A DNA stretch of 64,000 nucleotides from positions 5,636,367 through 5,700,366 of the forward strand of contig NC_057753.1 in NCBI RefSeq assembly GCF_004010195.1, read 5' to 3'. Every line of letters begins with the position of its first letter. Position 1 is the first letter of the stretch. Below are positions 63,683-64,000 of this stretch, in pieces. Source of the DNA: Chiloscyllium plagiosum. Taxonomy: Eukaryota. Position numbers and translations under genes: made by a program. A model generated the notes under the pieces. That model did no database searches. It worked only from the letters and a program-made list of their open reading frames with translations, and was not told where the DNA came from.

Positions 63683-64000
63683 CCAGTTCAGGTGTTTTTT
63701 TTTCTCGTTTGGTTTAAGTTGTCACAGTCACAGAAGGTGCTGCAGTGCAAAAAGGTTCCATACGTCAGCAGATGATTGCTGGCCAACCTTTGTCTCTGAA
63801 ATCTCTCCTGGCTGTAAGCACCTGTGTTTGAATTTACCTTTTGTCAAGGGCTGTAATTGTGGGATGTTATTGGAACAGCACCTTAGTTAAGATTTGTTTG
63901 TGTTGTAGAGGGATTGGGTTTCGGAGCCATGAGGTCATGTTGCAGCTGAACAAAACTCTGAGTAAAGAAACTACCTCTGACATCTGTCCTATATCTATCA

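Noticed and set aside
1..64000. Prokaryotic systems (CRISPR arrays, operons, defence islands)
   Set aside because: Vertebrate intron/TE landscape; no repeat-spacer array. The 21-bp and 112-bp repeats have no unique spacers.

Overview
Vertebrate genomic DNA, almost certainly from a shark or other cartilaginous fish (HE1-type V-SINEs, HER1/CR1 LINEs, shark-style GPR139-like and C2H2-ZNF genes); it is not prokaryotic. Most of the window is transposable-element debris: many CR1 LINE fragments, about a dozen HE1 SINEs, at least three Penelope-like (PLE; RT + GIY-YIG) families, a Rex1/Babar tail and a probable pogo/Tigger MITE. Two host loci are visible, both on the minus strand. One is an intact two-exon class-A GPCR of the GPR139-like group (exon 1 15785-15923, exon 2 11137-12041). 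The other is a 9-finger C2H2 zinc-finger exon broken by a 1-bp frameshift (51560-52379), with a candidate CpG/CCAAT tandem-repeat promoter near 56.0-56.4 kb. The most notable hidden structure is a recurring minimal type-I hammerhead-ribozyme motif (CUGANGA-stem II-GAAA-NN-UH) in the termini of each PLE family. The same termini form short fold-back elements with target-site duplications. There is also a nested PLE/SINE stack at 27.8-35.0 kb containing a perfect 89-bp hairpin and a templated insertion. Two N gaps lie at 7512-7707 and 34039-34335. Repeat boundaries are approximate and family names come from motif recognition, not database searches.
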